Positions 29,642 through 45,131 are shown, numbered from the stretch's first letter. The stretch is DNA of 64,000 bases from Eledone cirrhosa (GCA_964016885.1 OZ024741.1:320416001-320480000); one strand, 5' to 3'. Notes: generated by a model not told the origin, from the letters alone. Made by a program: numbers and translations.

Positions 29642-30500
29642 CTAGCCGTGGTACCCGGAGTTGCACGGGATAAGGTATTTTAAAACGCTGACGCCAACAG
29701 ACCTAATCGTGGAAAAACTGTATGCCTGGATAATATGTAAAGAAAATAAACCGAATACTCTGATGGCTGGATAATCTTTAAGATTTTCCTGGATGAAGCA
29801 GGAAAAATGCAGGTTTTCATCTATTGCGGGCCTTAGGGGACCAAGAAAATGAATTTTTTTAATGTGCATAATATGCCTTGAAATTTCGGGAAAATCGGCT
29901 AGACGTAACGCGTCAAAAAAGCCCTAAAAAGCTGAAAAAATGAAGGCCATAAAAAAGTTGGATTTCCTTTGCTCACGGTATGAAGAAGAGACTGACTAAT
30001 ACATAGTTACAATTTCAAGGAAATCAGTCTGACGTAACGCCTCAAAAAACCCCTAAAAACCTGAAAAAAAACGCAATGTTTCCCCTAATGCAAAGATTTG
30101 AATTTTTATATGTGCATAACACTCCAGGAAACATAAGTAATACACATAAAGTTTGAAAAAAGTCGGGTTTTAGGGATTCAAACTCACAGACAGACATCCT
30201 CAGGAAAGTGACGTAATGCAGACAGTCAGACATATAAACGGATATTATAAGGGCGCGACGTTATATGTATCTATCTAAAAAGAGAAAGACTAAGAATTAT
30301 AGAGAGAGATCGCTAAATCGCCTAATGTGGTCTGTAGGGCATTGAAAAAAATTAGAAATTCTTTTTGCTCAGAACACTCGCTGAAACATAAGTATCACAT
30401 GTGTAAAGTTTGAAAACAGTGGGTTGGGTGCTTCTCGAGTTTTAGGGATTCAAACTCACACACACGCAGACAGACATCCTCAGTTTTATATATATAGAGA
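29642..30500 (-). mobile_element. Non-autonomous Helitron-type element
   Basis: Minus strand starts TC(TC)TATATATATAAAA..(GTCT)n and ends with hairpin CCCGTGCAACTCCGGG + CTAG|T. Internal duplications (29901/30031 and 30130/30385). Confidence 0.7.
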
Positions 30501-30653
30501 GAGATTGGGAAGAATTAGTCTAATAACGACTGAGCTATTTTCTTGAAGAACTGTAATCGCATGTGAGTTTATTTACTGTAAGATAAATCAGACACAGGGA
30601 AAATAATTGGGGTGTGTTTTGAACATAAGAAATAGGTGGAGGTACTAATAATG

Positions 30654-30869
30654 ATTTCTAGTATAGGCGCAAGGCCAGTAATTCGGGGGAAGGGAAAAGT
30701 CGATTAAATCGACTCTAGTACGTTACCGGTACTTTTATGTTTTCGACCCTGTAAGGATGAAAGGCAAAGTTAACCTCGGCGGAATTTGAACTCAGACCGT
30801 AAAAGGGCGTAACTCTATGCTGCAAAGCATGGCGTCCGACCTTCTACCGATACTGCCAATCCAGCGCCC
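30654..30869 (-). mobile_element. SINE, same family (long variant with GTCGATTTAATCGAC segment)
   Basis: Reverse complement of a full element. Confidence 0.8.
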
Positions 30870-31453
30870 TTGGTGGTGGTGCTAATATGAATATATATGT
30901 GTTGTTTTTAAAACGTTACAAAATAGGTGTTTGATTATTGATTGCTTTTATTCAATTAATCAGTAAAACTGTATATAGAAAGATACACAAAAGACTTTTT
31001 ATTCTGGTCAGTTTTATTGGGACAATGAATGTTAAAATAATTTAAAGTGGTTTATCTGGGAAAATATATTTATAGGAATTCAGTACACGATGATAAATGG
31101 CTGTGGGCAAAAAAAGGTAACAGGGGTTGAAGAAGTTAGAGGGGATGGTAAAATAAATTTATCGAATTGTAAGTTAATGGAGATTTGTAGATTGGGATGT
31201 GTCCGTGTATACGAGGCCATTCAGATTGCATATAACTGCAGTGGAATACGGGGACATATACACGGTTATGTATATATGTAGTTAGATGTATATGTACTAT
31301 CACACTCTACTTCGTCTAAATACTCCACAAATCCATATATGTATATGCAAACAGACACTACTACTACTACTACTGCTGTTGCTGCTACTACTACTACTAC
31401 TACTACTACTAAACACACGCAGGCACACACACACACATATATATATATAGTAA

Positions 31454-31645
31454 TAATTGTTTCTACTTTTGGCACAAGGTCAGTAATTACCCAGTACATT
31501 ACTAGTACTTTATTTTATCTACCCCGTAAGGATGAAAGGCAAAGTTGACTTCGGCGGGATTTGAACTCAGAATGCAAAGGGCCGTAACTCTATGCGTCAA
31601 AGCATGACGTCCTATCCTCTACCGATACTGCCAATCCACCGCCCT
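31454..31645 (-). mobile_element. SINE, same family
   Basis: Reverse complement of a full element. Confidence 0.8.
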
Positions 31646-31653
31646 TATATATA

Positions 31654-34150
<2,497 letters not shown>

Positions 34151-34159
<9 letters not shown>

Positions 34160-35110
34160 TAAAAAAATAATGAATAAAACAATGAAACAGTTCCTTATAT
34201 TAAACAAAAAAAGTTCATTATTTAACGATCGTTTCTAGGATATATATGTGTTAGAATTGGCATGCATATTCAACAGATCTATGTACAAAATTATACAAAA
34301 TTATACAAACTATCAAAATTAAATATACATACCCAACACATATATATGCCGTCTTCAGAAATAATGAAATATATTTATTGATAATAACAATTCAAAATTT
34401 CAGGTCCGTTTGGGAACAGAGTTCAAATTGACCAATGAAAATACAAAAAATTTTATGCAGTTTGGTGTGTGTATATACATGTAATTAACTTCATACACAT
34501 ATTTACATAAAGATATAGATATAGATATTGGATTATAGACTTACAGAGACATTAGCCTTGAATTTTTGTATTTGCATACATCTTTTTGGCATGCGTATGC
34601 ATGTGAACATATATCTTTATGTAAATATGTGTATGAAGTTAATTACATGTATATACACACACCAAACTGCATAAAATTTTTTGTATTTTCATTGGTCAAT
34701 TTGAACTCTGTTCCCAAACGGACCTGAAATTTTGAATTGTTGTTATTATCAATAAATATATTTCATTATTTCTGAAGACGGCATATATATGTGTTGGGTA
34801 TGTATATTTAATTTTGATAGTTTGTATAATTTTGTATAATTTTGTACATAGATCTGTTGAATATGCATGCCAATTCTAACACATATATATCCTAGAAACG
34901 ATCGTTAAATAATGAACTTTTTTTGTTTAATATAAGGAACTGTTTCATTGTTTTATTCATTATTTTTTTAATATTTTATCTTGACTCTGTATTCCGTTTA
35001 TCTTTCACCGAAAGTGATTTTTCATTGCATCTCTTCTTTCCATGATATCCGGATTACATTGAGTTCTTCATACGGATTGGACACTACCGTAAACTCTTGG
35101 TAGATTTATC

Positions 35111-35115
<5 letters not shown>
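34151..35115. mobile_element. Fold-back insertion, same family, opposite orientation
   Basis: 34151-34517 is the reverse complement of 34610-34979, with a ~92-bp spacer. (TA)n on both sides. Confidence 0.85.
34762..34916 (+). ncRNA. Type I hammerhead with very long stem II (mirror copy on minus strand in the left arm)
   Basis: TTCATTATTT-CTGAAGA-[~116 nt; TATATATGTGTTGG pairs with CTAACACATATATA]-GAAA-CGATCG-TT-AAATAATGAA. 10-bp stem I. Confidence 0.7.
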
Positions 35116-35207
<92 letters not shown>

Positions 35208-35299
35208 ATAATGGTTTCTTTATTGGCCACAAGGGCTAATATATATATAGTAATAATAACAATATTTATATAATATTTATATAATTATAAATATGGGAG

Positions 35300-36350
35300 G
35301 GTAGTACTAATTACTAGCCGGTTACCGGTATGACAAAAGGCTCAATGCAAATTATCAAGTGAGCCGAGATACAAAGTGTTAAAACAATCAAATCTTAGTT
35401 TAATACATTTATTTGCTGACATTGTTTCTTCCAGAGGGATGTCTGGAATCATCGGAGCATAGCGAATGTCTAAACAGGTGATTAAAATCATAGTCATTCA
35501 GAACATTTAGGTTGATACATAAGTGTCGCTAAGAACCAACTAAATATGTTACAGCTGTGACAATACTCAAACAGAACTTAGAAAACATTAAAAGCTTTAC
35601 ATTTTGCCCAGACCATGGTTTGTCAGAGCCATAACTGTTATTTACATTTCTTTAAAATTGATAATTAACAGTTAAATGATGTGATAATAGTTTTTGATTT
35701 AGGCAGAAGGCCAACCATTTTTTGGGGTAATAATCGATTAAATCGACCGCAATATATTGCTATTACATCATTCAAAACACTTTGATCTTCGCCTAATGAT
35801 CTCTTTTTGGCCTTTTGACTGAGATCAAATGTGTTAAACGATGTAATAATAATAGGATATGACAAGAATCTTATCAGCGTGTATTTGTCCTGTAAATGGA
35901 GCGAATAAAAGTCCAAAGGTGAGCAAAGCCAACTGTTGGCATTTGCATGAGTCCTCAATATAAGAACAGACTGTACTATGTATTAAAGACGGGAAAAATG
36001 CTAAAGTAGAATTATTTCACCGACCACAATAGTGTTTTAGATATCGATAATAATACTATAAGGCATAGTGGCATTAAATATTTTCTCGACCCGGCCGCTC
36101 ACAGACTTGCTTAATAATAACAGGTGTGGAGACTGACATCAGAGTGATACATATGGGAAGTGCCAGTACTCACAACGTTTAACATAACAAAAACATTTAA
36201 AGTTTTCCATTTCGCCCGAATCACGGGCTTTAGATATATATAACAGCCCTAGAAATATAGCTCAAAAGGTCCAGTACTATAAATTTGGGCACTTAAACTG
36301 ATCTGACATATAGAGATGTTTTTCTTTTTTCATGTTTTTAGGTTCTGTGA
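35300..36350 (-). mobile_element. Old Penelope-like 3' fragment (eroded coding region + hammerhead)
   Basis: Clear hammerhead fold at 35414-35459. The upstream sequence shows only faint endonuclease-like residues. Confidence 0.4.
35414..35459 (-). ncRNA. Type I hammerhead ribozyme (CCGAUGA core variant)
   Basis: Minus strand TGCT-CCGATGA-TTCCAGA catccc TCTGGAA-GAAA-CAATG-TC-AGCA. GUC site. Confidence 0.75.
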
Positions 36351-37572
36351 GTATTATGGGAATCATAGGGCTTAAGAAATAACCTTCCCCACCACCATCT
36401 GTTTTTAATACTATTAGATATGGAATTAATTCTGGATCTCTATTCAGTCGTTGAACCTTCCCGGCGTTGCAACCAAATATCTCTCAAATGAAGCCTCAAC
36501 TGTATTAAAAGTGGTGGAATACATTGTAGATTGCGATCTTGAATACACAATAGTTGAATTAGAGATGGCATCAACTATAAAGCCTGGAGTATCTTTGATC
36601 ATGAGTCCTCTCAATTATTATTAACACTAACCTAAACAACATTAGCAACAACAATAAAAAATCTAGAATAAAGGGAAACGCGTAAAATTCAACCCGATTG
36701 CTAGACGCAATTCATTTTCCTGCAAGAGGACATAGAAATTAATCAAATCGAGCCCTCTCCCCCACAGTGCACAAATGAAGTATCACAATATATTGCTGTC
36801 GTAATTACTTATTTCTATCAACGGTACTCGACTCCGTGTTTAATTTATTAAATTGGTATCGAGATGAATTATATGGAACTCACAATAAAAATACAGCTGG
36901 TTTACAAACAATTTACTTCATCACATTCACACAAACTGAATCAAAGATATTTCTAGCTCACCCTTGTTACTATTCTCTCTTGAATAAAGAAGAATGGGTT
37001 TAAATAACATATCAATACACCGGACAGTGATAAATTTTTAACTCTTCATACCACATATTACCATGTTATTTTGATCAAAGAGAGGAAATCTCCTCCTAAT
37101 TTTCCTGATCCCAACAGTAAAACAAACCAAGGTACCTATGTCTGAAAGGAAAGAGAGTGTATGATCACAACAGAAATATTTTTGATAGCAGGCATAATAG
37201 ATCAGAACTGACTTAAACGAAAGTAGTGTCGCTTGGATATAATTTTCCAAATAAGACCGACGTGTAACTAAATCTTGTTGCTGTTAAACTACTTATGAAA
37301 ACAGCAGCCAGTTATAAAATACTTCGTATTTAGATGCCATACATGTGAATTTCGGCAGATTATAGAAATTCGAAGGGTCGGAGCCCAGCAGAAAAAGATT
37401 TGCTTCGAAATCACTAGACTTATCTGGGGAACTTGCGAATCCAGAGTCAGGTTCGATCCACAAACAGATCGCACCTCGAGCTGTTCGCCGGAGAAACAAT
37501 TGTAATACGTTAATAAATTGTGTTTCGATGCATCACTGATTCTTCGTTTTCCACATTATATATATATATATG

Positions 37573-37641
<69 letters not shown>

Positions 37642-38027
37642 CGAGACGGATATAAATATAGGCATATAGTCATGTATAAATATATATGTGCTGTGGGTGT
37701 AATGAAATCCAAAGACTAAATAAAGTTCAACACAGTCGATTCATATTTAAATTGATGAGCTAGGAGAGTCTTAGAACCTTCTAGTGAAGCACGTGTTTTC
37801 AGGATGATATATTGTTGGTGTAGTAAACTATTTTATGACACAAGCCGAAACCGCATATATATATATATATATATATGAGAAAAGAGTCAGGACCCCGACG
37901 GGCTCCTGAATCTTTTTACATCACCCACTCTACTACCCCGAGTATCGAGTACTCTGGTGCGTTATGGCCCACCTGGTATCTTACCAGACCCTCTCTGATA
38001 TATACATATATATATATATAGAGAGAG

Positions 38028-38112
<85 letters not shown>

Positions 38113-38376
38113 TGTTTCTTTTATTTGCCACTAGGGCATCAAAAGTGGGACAAGTACAAAGGGGGGAGTTTACACAAAAAGGCGTCCTCAATAAGGAGGA
38201 GGCAATAACAAAATATAAAAATAAAATAAGATATAACAAAAAATAAAATTTATAACAAAATCCTCAATAGAGAGGAGGCGCCTTGGGGGGTCGCACACAC
38301 CCCCGAAAAAAGTGTGCAACCCTTCTCCTCAGGAGCACAGAGAAGGGGTGCTCCCTTGGTCTTTCATCTTCCTCAC

Positions 38377-41300
38377 CTATAGTCTGATGTAGAGTGAAGG
38401 CCCATTCACACGGGCCATTCTCGCCACTTTCACCCATCTTTCATAGAAACGGCTGGGGTGCAGCACCTCTCTCTCCATCCTGATCCTTCTTCCGAAATGA
38501 TATCGGAAGAAACGGACCAGTTGTTGGCCAGAGAGAAAGGTGCCTGACCTCAGTCCTTTCAGACGCGTCCACCACACAACCTCTTTCGCCATGGCTATTA
38601 CGCACAGAAACACCGCCTCTGCTTCATCTTTGAAGGGGGGAGGCGGCTTGATCATTACAATAGACTCGGTGGTCAACCGGATCGGTCCCACCCTTGACAG
38701 CAGTTGTTCGACATAGCCCCACAGATCGGCTACGCCCGAGCAGTGTACCAATGCGTGTGCAACGGTTTCCTCGTCGCACACGCATCTGGGACAGATCTTT
38801 TTGGCGGGGTCCCTACCCGGGCGCCCGTGTCTGTAGAGCCTTTCTCGAACGGGTAAAGCCCCTCGGTAGCACTGCCAGGCCAGGGACTTCTGGAAGTTGT
38901 CCATAGGTCCCGGGCTGAATGTCCTACCGAACAGGCTGGCCAGTTCGTCCTCCTCCATGTCTAGGGCTTCTCCGAGGGCGTCGTCGCACCTGCTGCGTAC
39001 CAGCCCTCTATAGAATGTTGCGGTGGAGTCTCCACTGATAACCGGATCCGCCTGCCAGAGGGCTGTGAGCGCCTGGGCACACTCAGTGTGCCAGGCGCCC
39101 AGTTTTCTCGGTCTTTGCTTGACCCAGGATTGCAGCTCGGTGAGTGAGACGAGTCTGGGAAAGGTTCGTCTCACAAACGAGGCCCACACCGGTTGTGCGG
39201 TGAGGAATACGTAGAGGTGCCGTAGCCTTAATGCGTGTTTACGCATCATTAGCCACGGCATCCCCAGCCCTCCTTTGGAAGGGTGTTGACAGCAGATGGA
39301 TCTCCTCACCATAGGAGCCCGCCTCTTCCAAAGGAATTGGAAGAGCGCGCGCTCCATCTTGGTGAGGGTTTCCCTTGGGCAGGGCACTACGGTCAGGCGG
39401 TAGTAGATGACGGACGCTATGTAGGTGTTCGCCACCTCCGCCCGACCTTTCAGGGATAGTTTGCAACTGGCCCACTTCTGGGTCAGTGCAAACACCCTGT
39501 TCGTAACCTCCGCCCAGTTTTTCTCCACCTGGAGGTCCGGTCCGAACCAGACCCCGAGCAACTTCACCGGGCCCTCCGTCCAGCGTCCGACGACGCCATC
39601 GGAGGGCATCCGTCTGCCCCTCCACGTGCCGAGTTGCAAACCGATCGACTTGTCCCGGTTCAGCTTAGCCCCTGTGAACTTTTCGTACTCCTCCAGTAAG
39701 GTGCCGACCGCCTCGATTTCGGAGGCCGTCGACACCATTACTGTCACGTCATCGGCGTAGGCCGACACCGCTTTCCGCAATCCCGGTTCCAAAGGGATGC
39801 CCTGCAACAACTCCAACTTCCGCAGTAGCGGCTCGAGAGTCAACACATACAGAAGGGAGGAGAGAGGGCACCCTTGTCGGATGGACCGCGCGATTTTGAA
39901 CGGCTCCGAGAGGTGGCCGTTCACCTTGACCCTAGAGCAGATGCGGCTGCTGTGCATAGCAGTGATCCAGCCCCTGAAAACGGGTCCGAAGCCTGCCGCC
40001 GCTAGCACCGCATCCAGGTAACCATGGTCGACCCTATCGAACGCCTTAGATTGATCCAAGTTGATCAGAGCCCCACCAAAGCCGGGTTCGTTCCCAACCC
40101 TCTCTATGATGTATCGCATGAGGTGGAGGTTGTCATGGATGGACCTGGACGGGATAGCGCATGTCTGCGCATCTCCCACCAGGTTGCCCACGACAAGCGC
40201 CAACCTCTTTGCTAGCACCTTGGCCAAAATCTGTAACTCTGTATTTAGCAGAGTTATGGGCCTGAAGTTACTTATTTCGTCCCCCTTGTTCTCGTCCTTC
40301 CTCACTAGCGTGACTACGCCCTTGGTCACAGTACAGGGAATTCTCCCGTTCTGTTGCCAGTTGCAGTAGACCGCCTCGAGGAGATCGGGGAACAAGTCCG
40401 GCATAGCTAGATATAATTCGTAAGGAAGACCATCGAGACCCGGGGATTTGCGTTTGCCGCATTGGCTCAGCACGTCCTCTATCTCAGCGGCCGAAATCGG
40501 CTCCTCGCAGGACTTCGCCTCCCTGTCCGAGAGGCGCGGCAGGCCGTCGAGGTATGGACCGAAGTCCACGTTCCCAACCGGCCCCCCGCCCCTCCCGAAC
40601 AGTCGGGCAAAGTGCCTTTGAAAGGCCTCACACATCTGCTTAGGCTCAAGAATCGCCCGTCCATCCAGGTCTCGCAAAGACCGGATGGTGGATTTAGTTC
40701 CACTGTTGGCCTCTGTCACGCGGGCCCAGCTAACAGCTTTGGTCCCCTCGTTCCCTAGAGCACGTATTTTACTTTGGACAACGCAGCCTTCGTGCTTCGC
40801 GTCGAAAAACTGGCTCAAAGCCGTTCTCGACGCTAGCACTCTGGCCACGTCGCCGCTTCTAATTGCCTCTTCTACTCTATCTATTAGCTCCCTTTCCTTC
40901 CTATTCCTATCCGCAGCTAGAACCTTACTAAATTCTATCGAGACTACTCTAATCTCTCTCTTTAGAGATACCCACCACCTGCTGTTGACGATCGCTCCAG
41001 TCAACCGTTCTTTAACTAACGTACTAATCCGATTCCTGTAGGCTCTACTTGCCGGCAAGGACAAGTTGAGCTTCCAGTAACCGGGGCCCTGTCTATGAGT
41101 TCTGTCAAGGTTGACCATGCAGGTCACTAATTTGTGGTCTGAATAGCCAACCATGCGCATTTTTGGACAACTTAAAAAGTCCTTATCCTTAATTCTAACT
41201 AAGAACCTATCTAGGTACGACCTAGATGATCCGCTACGATTTGCCCAAGTCCAGGTTGGCGCAGTCGGAAAATCTAGTCGATATCTATCGGCCAGGTCAA

Positions 41301-41814
41301 ATCGACCGATTAACCCTTTGAGGCTATTACACCCCTCTCTATCGGGGCAGGCCCCTACGTAGTCCCAGCGTGCATCTAGGATACCATTCCAGTCCCCCAC
41401 TAATAGCAAGGAGCGGGACGTCCCTAGAAAAGTCTCCAGACGATGGAAGAAGTCCGGCCGCATTGACCCGAAAGAGCCGTAGGCGGCTACCAACCTAAAC
41501 GCTCCGCCTTTACTACTGCCAAGGTCCAGAACCACTAGTCGACCCTCCGGGTCCAAATGTACCATCTGTGTTGCGAGACCCAGATGTTTTTGCAGCAGAA
41601 CGACAACTCCACCCCCACCTCCGGGCTGACAGAGAGATGCGTGCATCTCAAAGTCATCAAAGGTGGGGGCCAGCTGTCGCACGTTGCTGATCCGGGCCTC
41701 GCAAATAACCATCACATCTATACGTTGTGACCTGAGGTCATTTAGAAGCATTGCTTGCTTCCAAGTTGAGCCCAGGCCACGCGCATTTAAACAGCCTACT
41801 CTTAGCATAGCCAT
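38377..41814 (-). CDS. LINE ORF2: APE endonuclease + reverse transcriptase + C-terminal cysteine-rich domain
   Basis: Endonuclease motifs GCLNARGL, GDWN, YLDRF, SDH. RT motifs KSPGLDG, FRPITLLN, DQSKAFDRVDH, RQGCPLS, YADD. C-terminal CPRC..ETVAHALVHC. First ATG is at 41814; the track starts 8 codons earlier at GTG. Confidence 0.96.
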   Translation of the reverse strand: MAMLRVGCLNARGLGSTWKQAMLLNDLRSQRIDVMVICEARISNVRQLAPTFDDFEMHASLCQPGGGGGVVVLLQKHLGLATQMVHLDPEGRLVVLDLGSSKGGAFRLVAAYGSFGSMRPDFFHRLETFLGTSRSLLLVGDWNGILDARWDYVGACPDREGCNSLKGLIGRFDLADRYRLDFPTAPTWTWANRSGSSRSYLDRFLVRIKDKDFLSCPKMRMVGYSDHKLVTCMVNLDRTHRQGPGYWKLNLSLPASRAYRNRISTLVKERLTGAIVNSRWWVSLKREIRVVSIEFSKVLAADRNRKERELIDRVEEAIRSGDVARVLASRTALSQFFDAKHEGCVVQSKIRALGNEGTKAVSWARVTEANSGTKSTIRSLRDLDGRAILEPKQMCEAFQRHFARLFGRGGGPVGNVDFGPYLDGLPRLSDREAKSCEEPISAAEIEDVLSQCGKRKSPGLDGLPYELYLAMPDLFPDLLEAVYCNWQQNGRIPCTVTKGVVTLVRKDENKGDEISNFRPITLLNTELQILAKVLAKRLALVVGNLVGDAQTCAIPSRSIHDNLHLMRYIIERVGNEPGFGGALINLDQSKAFDRVDHGYLDAVLAAAGFGPVFRGWITAMHSSRICSRVKVNGHLSEPFKIARSIRQGCPLSSLLYVLTLEPLLRKLELLQGIPLEPGLRKAVSAYADDVTVMVSTASEIEAVGTLLEEYEKFTGAKLNRDKSIGLQLGTWRGRRMPSDGVVGRWTEGPVKLLGVWFGPDLQVEKNWAEVTNRVFALTQKWASCKLSLKGRAEVANTYIASVIYYRLTVVPCPRETLTKMERALFQFLWKRRAPMVRRSICCQHPSKGGLGMPWLMMRKHALRLRHLYVFLTAQPVWASFVRRTFPRLVSLTELQSWVKQRPRKLGAWHTECAQALTALWQADPVISGDSTATFYRGLVRSRCDDALGEALDMEEDELASLFGRTFSPGPMDNFQKSLAWQCYRGALPVRERLYRHGRPGRDPAKKICPRCVCDEETVAHALVHCSGVADLWGYVEQLLSRVGPIRLTTESIVMIKPPPPFKDEAEAVFLCVIAMAKEVVWWTRLKGLRSGTFLSGQQLVRFFRYHFGRRIRMEREVLHPSRFYERWVKVARMARVNGPSLYIRL

Positions 41815-41838
41815 GTTGGTGGTGAAGAGAAAAGGCAC

Positions 41839-43626
41839 TTACCTCTCTGCGTCCCGGGTATCGGGCTGCACAATTTCCATTAGGGTGGGGGATGGGTTGT
41901 GGGGTGGGGTGTTGGTTTGTGGAAGTGTGGGGGCATCAGTGTGTTGTGTGGTTGGGGAGCTTGGAGTTGTGTGGGTGTTTGGGGAGGGGGTGGGATAGTT
42001 TTTTAGGAGGACGCGGTTAATGGGCCCGACGCAGGGGGGACCCACGTCCTCTTTAAAATTGTTTTTTAAAGTTTTATAGGTGTCCTGTGGGGCCTTAATC
42101 ATTTTGAGGTGGGGGAAATCCCCTGCCTGGGTGAAGTTAGGCCCTTGTGTTTTTATTAGATTGTTGTTGTACACAATGTTTAACAGTTTTTTGTTTCTTG
42201 TATTTATGTATGTGTATGCATGTTTTTGTTTTTGTGTGGTGTTTTTTGTTTGCTGTTGTGAGCTCTTTTGTGTTGGTGTCAGTGTTATGTTTTGGGGAGG
42301 GGTTGTTTTCATTTGTGTGTCTGAGGTGTGTTTTCTTTTTTTTCTTTTGATTGTGTGGAAGTACTCCTCCTCGTCTGACGACGAACTAGGGTCATCTTCC
42401 GCGTTGGAGGGGAGGGGTATATTTTCGGGTTGTGTTTGCGGTACGGGTGTTTTGGAAATTGTTTTTGTTTTTTGAGTGGAGGGGATGGGTTGGACATTGT
42501 TTTGTTTTGGTTTGAGCTGTGGTGGTTGTTTTTGTAGTGGTTGTTGTGGTGATTGTGTTGGTTGTGCAGTTGTTGGTGGTGTAGGCAGGATTGGGGTTTT
42601 CTTATTAAGTTGGGGACAGACAGCCCTCAGGTGACCTCTGGTTCCGCAGAGGTAACACGAGGGCCGTCTACCCTCAACGGTAATGTTGATGAAGGTTAGA
42701 TCATCCAGTATGACGCGTTCAGGGATCTGGGCGATCCTTTCGGGCCTCATTTGAACTACAAGTTCGAGGCTCGTTCCACTGAACGCGTCACCCGATGCCT
42801 TTCCCATGGACACCAGCATGTCATCCTCCAGGTCCAGAAAACCTGTCAAAACCCACCATATGTCCATAATCGGCAGGATGGTGTGGATTTTTATTTTTTG
42901 TGTTCTTCTACCCATGTACGTAGGGTAGAAGGTGTATGCGGTGGATGTGATTGGTTTGATGGACAGTTTCACTGCTGTGTCCCTGTCCTTCATGAGAATG
43001 GATAGACTCCCGTAGAGTCTATCCTTCTGAATGAAGGTGATGTCCTTCATGACGTCTTTTAAAACCAGCTCTATCTCGCTCTGTGATGGTTGAGCTGGTT
43101 TTTTACTTTTGTTCGAGATTGTCCTAAACATGACCGTGTTTAGGAGTCTCTGGCTTTTTAGTTCCGGGGGGGAATGGATTGTGAATGAACCATTTTCCCC
43201 GTACACTATATATTTTTTCGCATCTGCCAGTAGCTCCTTCGCTTTTGTTATATCTACTGGCAGATAGTCGAGGGTTTTCCTTGTCGTCTCGGCGAAGGAG
43301 AAATTTTGTTTGTTTGTGTTGTTGTTGTCGTTGGTGGTGTTGTTGTTATCATTGTTGTTGTTGTCACCGTTATTGGTCTTGTTGTTGTTATTGTTATTGT
43401 TATTGGTGTTGTTTTCGTCCGTCGCATTGTTGTTGTTGTTGCTGTTGCTGCTGGTTCTTTGGGTTGTTGCCATGGCAACGTCAAGTTGTCGGTTAACAGG
43501 TGGAGAAAATTCATCCTCTGGCTGACCTTTCTTCTTGACCTCTGCTACGGTTAAAGTGGCAGGGGGAAGCTGTAAGTTTATCTTCCCCTTTCCTCCTTCG
43601 AATTTTGGTGAAGAAGCTTCAGCCAT
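41839..43626 (-). CDS. LINE ORF1 (Tx1-like nucleic-acid-binding protein with CCHC zinc knuckle)
   Basis: 595-aa open frame with a CYLCGTRGHLRAVC knuckle and N/T- and P/Q/T-rich low-complexity regions, immediately upstream of ORF2. Confidence 0.9.
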   Translation of the reverse strand: MAEASSPKFEGGKGKINLQLPPATLTVAEVKKKGQPEDEFSPPVNRQLDVAMATTQRTSSNSNNNNNATDENNTNNNNNNNNKTNNGDNNNNDNNNTTNDNNNTNKQNFSFAETTRKTLDYLPVDITKAKELLADAKKYIVYGENGSFTIHSPPELKSQRLLNTVMFRTISNKSKKPAQPSQSEIELVLKDVMKDITFIQKDRLYGSLSILMKDRDTAVKLSIKPITSTAYTFYPTYMGRRTQKIKIHTILPIMDIWWVLTGFLDLEDDMLVSMGKASGDAFSGTSLELVVQMRPERIAQIPERVILDDLTFINITVEGRRPSCYLCGTRGHLRAVCPQLNKKTPILPTPPTTAQPTQSPQQPLQKQPPQLKPKQNNVQPIPSTQKTKTISKTPVPQTQPENIPLPSNAEDDPSSSSDEEEYFHTIKRKKRKHTSDTQMKTTPPQNITLTPTQKSSQQQTKNTTQKQKHAYTYINTRNKKLLNIVYNNNLIKTQGPNFTQAGDFPHLKMIKAPQDTYKTLKNNFKEDVGPPCVGPINRVLLKNYPTPSPNTHTTPSSPTTQHTDAPTLPQTNTPPHNPSPTLMEIVQPDTRDAER

Positions 43627-43850
43627 TTTAAAAAATATTAACTTTTCAACAAGAAAAAACTTTATTTTGTTTAACTATTTCGCCTAAAGGCGTAGAATAT
43701 TTTGAGAGACTGACCAGATCAAAGTTTGACCTGGCAGTCCCTCTACAAAATGGTACAAAAATTAAAGTTAACAGACATTTAACAGACATATAAAAATTTA
43801 AACAGAACTTACTCAGCAAGTTATACGCGTGTGTCCATCCCAGAGATAGA

Positions 43851-43992
<142 letters not shown>

Positions 43993-44793
43993 CAAATATA
44001 TCGAAGACCATTTGCAGTTGTTTTATGATACAGGGGCCGGCACACCTAGAACTGACAACACATACCGACAGACCCTCGTATTATAAAAAAATGATAGTTG
44101 TTTGAAATTGTTTGAATATTCTTATATCATCTGACAAGCTCCGGCCGACGGAGTGTGAAGGAAGAGCACTACCTAACCGTCGACTCCAGAGAAATATATA
44201 TTATGGATTTGAAAATAGATCTACATACAACTGTATATTGCCTTCGACATATTTAATATTCTGTAATGTTCTGGCTTTTACTATTATACATGTCGTTGAG
44301 CTCTTTATTTTACCTGCATCAAAGTTGACCGATTAGGGTGTGGATTGCACATCCCTCGTCGGTTAGCTCCTTATTAAAATGATGTACAGTTGAACATGGA
44401 ACACGTATTACTGGATGAAGACACCATCATCCGTAAAGGTGCATACATCATCATCAATAACTTCATTAGGCGAGATGAAAGAACTCTTGAAAACTTATAA
44501 ATTAATTAATTAATTAATTTGTTAATTAATTGAATGATATTAAAACTGAAACGAAATACCACCGCTGCATGTAGTTTTACTACCAGAATATCAAACTCAA
44601 AGTAATGCAACTGTAATCATGCAAGGCATACTTAAATAGAATATCAATATATTATTTTATAACGTATTACAACCTGCTGATTTAATATGGAATAGTGCCA
44701 AGAGCTTTTCTAAATTAACATATATATATATATGTATATATATATATATGTGCGTGTGTGTGTATATGTATATATATATATATGTATATATAA

Positions 44794-44910
<117 letters not shown>

Positions 44911-45131
44911 CAGTTATACTTTGATTGCAATCAGCTTCAATTGAATAATATTATTATTGATAAATCATTAAGTTTAGGGCAAATGAATTATTAATATGTT
45001 TTATTAAAATTATGTAAAACTAATTATAATTATTTCATTAATTTTGTTAGAATAATTCAATATTTCTCTCTTAGAAGAAAATATGATAATAATAAAAATC
45101 ACTTGCGTTTCATGATCACAGTCACCCTAAT

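Larger units (their letters stand above)
38113..43843 (-). mobile_element. Full-length L1/Tx1-type non-LTR retrotransposon inserted in a (GATA)n/(GA)n microsatellite
   Basis: Two intact tandem ORFs, ~215-bp 5' UTR and ~260-bp 3' UTR. On the minus strand it ends AATAAAAGAAACAT and runs directly into (ATCT)n. (GATA)n is on both flanks (38028-38112 and 43844-43870). Confidence 0.93.

Noticed and set aside
37038-37499. Unique-looking sequence with 60-70-aa minus-strand ORFs
   Set aside because: No recognisable motifs or convincing splice sites, and the starts are non-ATG.
38694-43554. Short ORFs overlapping the Tx1 element on the opposite strand or in other frames
   Set aside because: Shadow frames of a GC-rich coding sequence.
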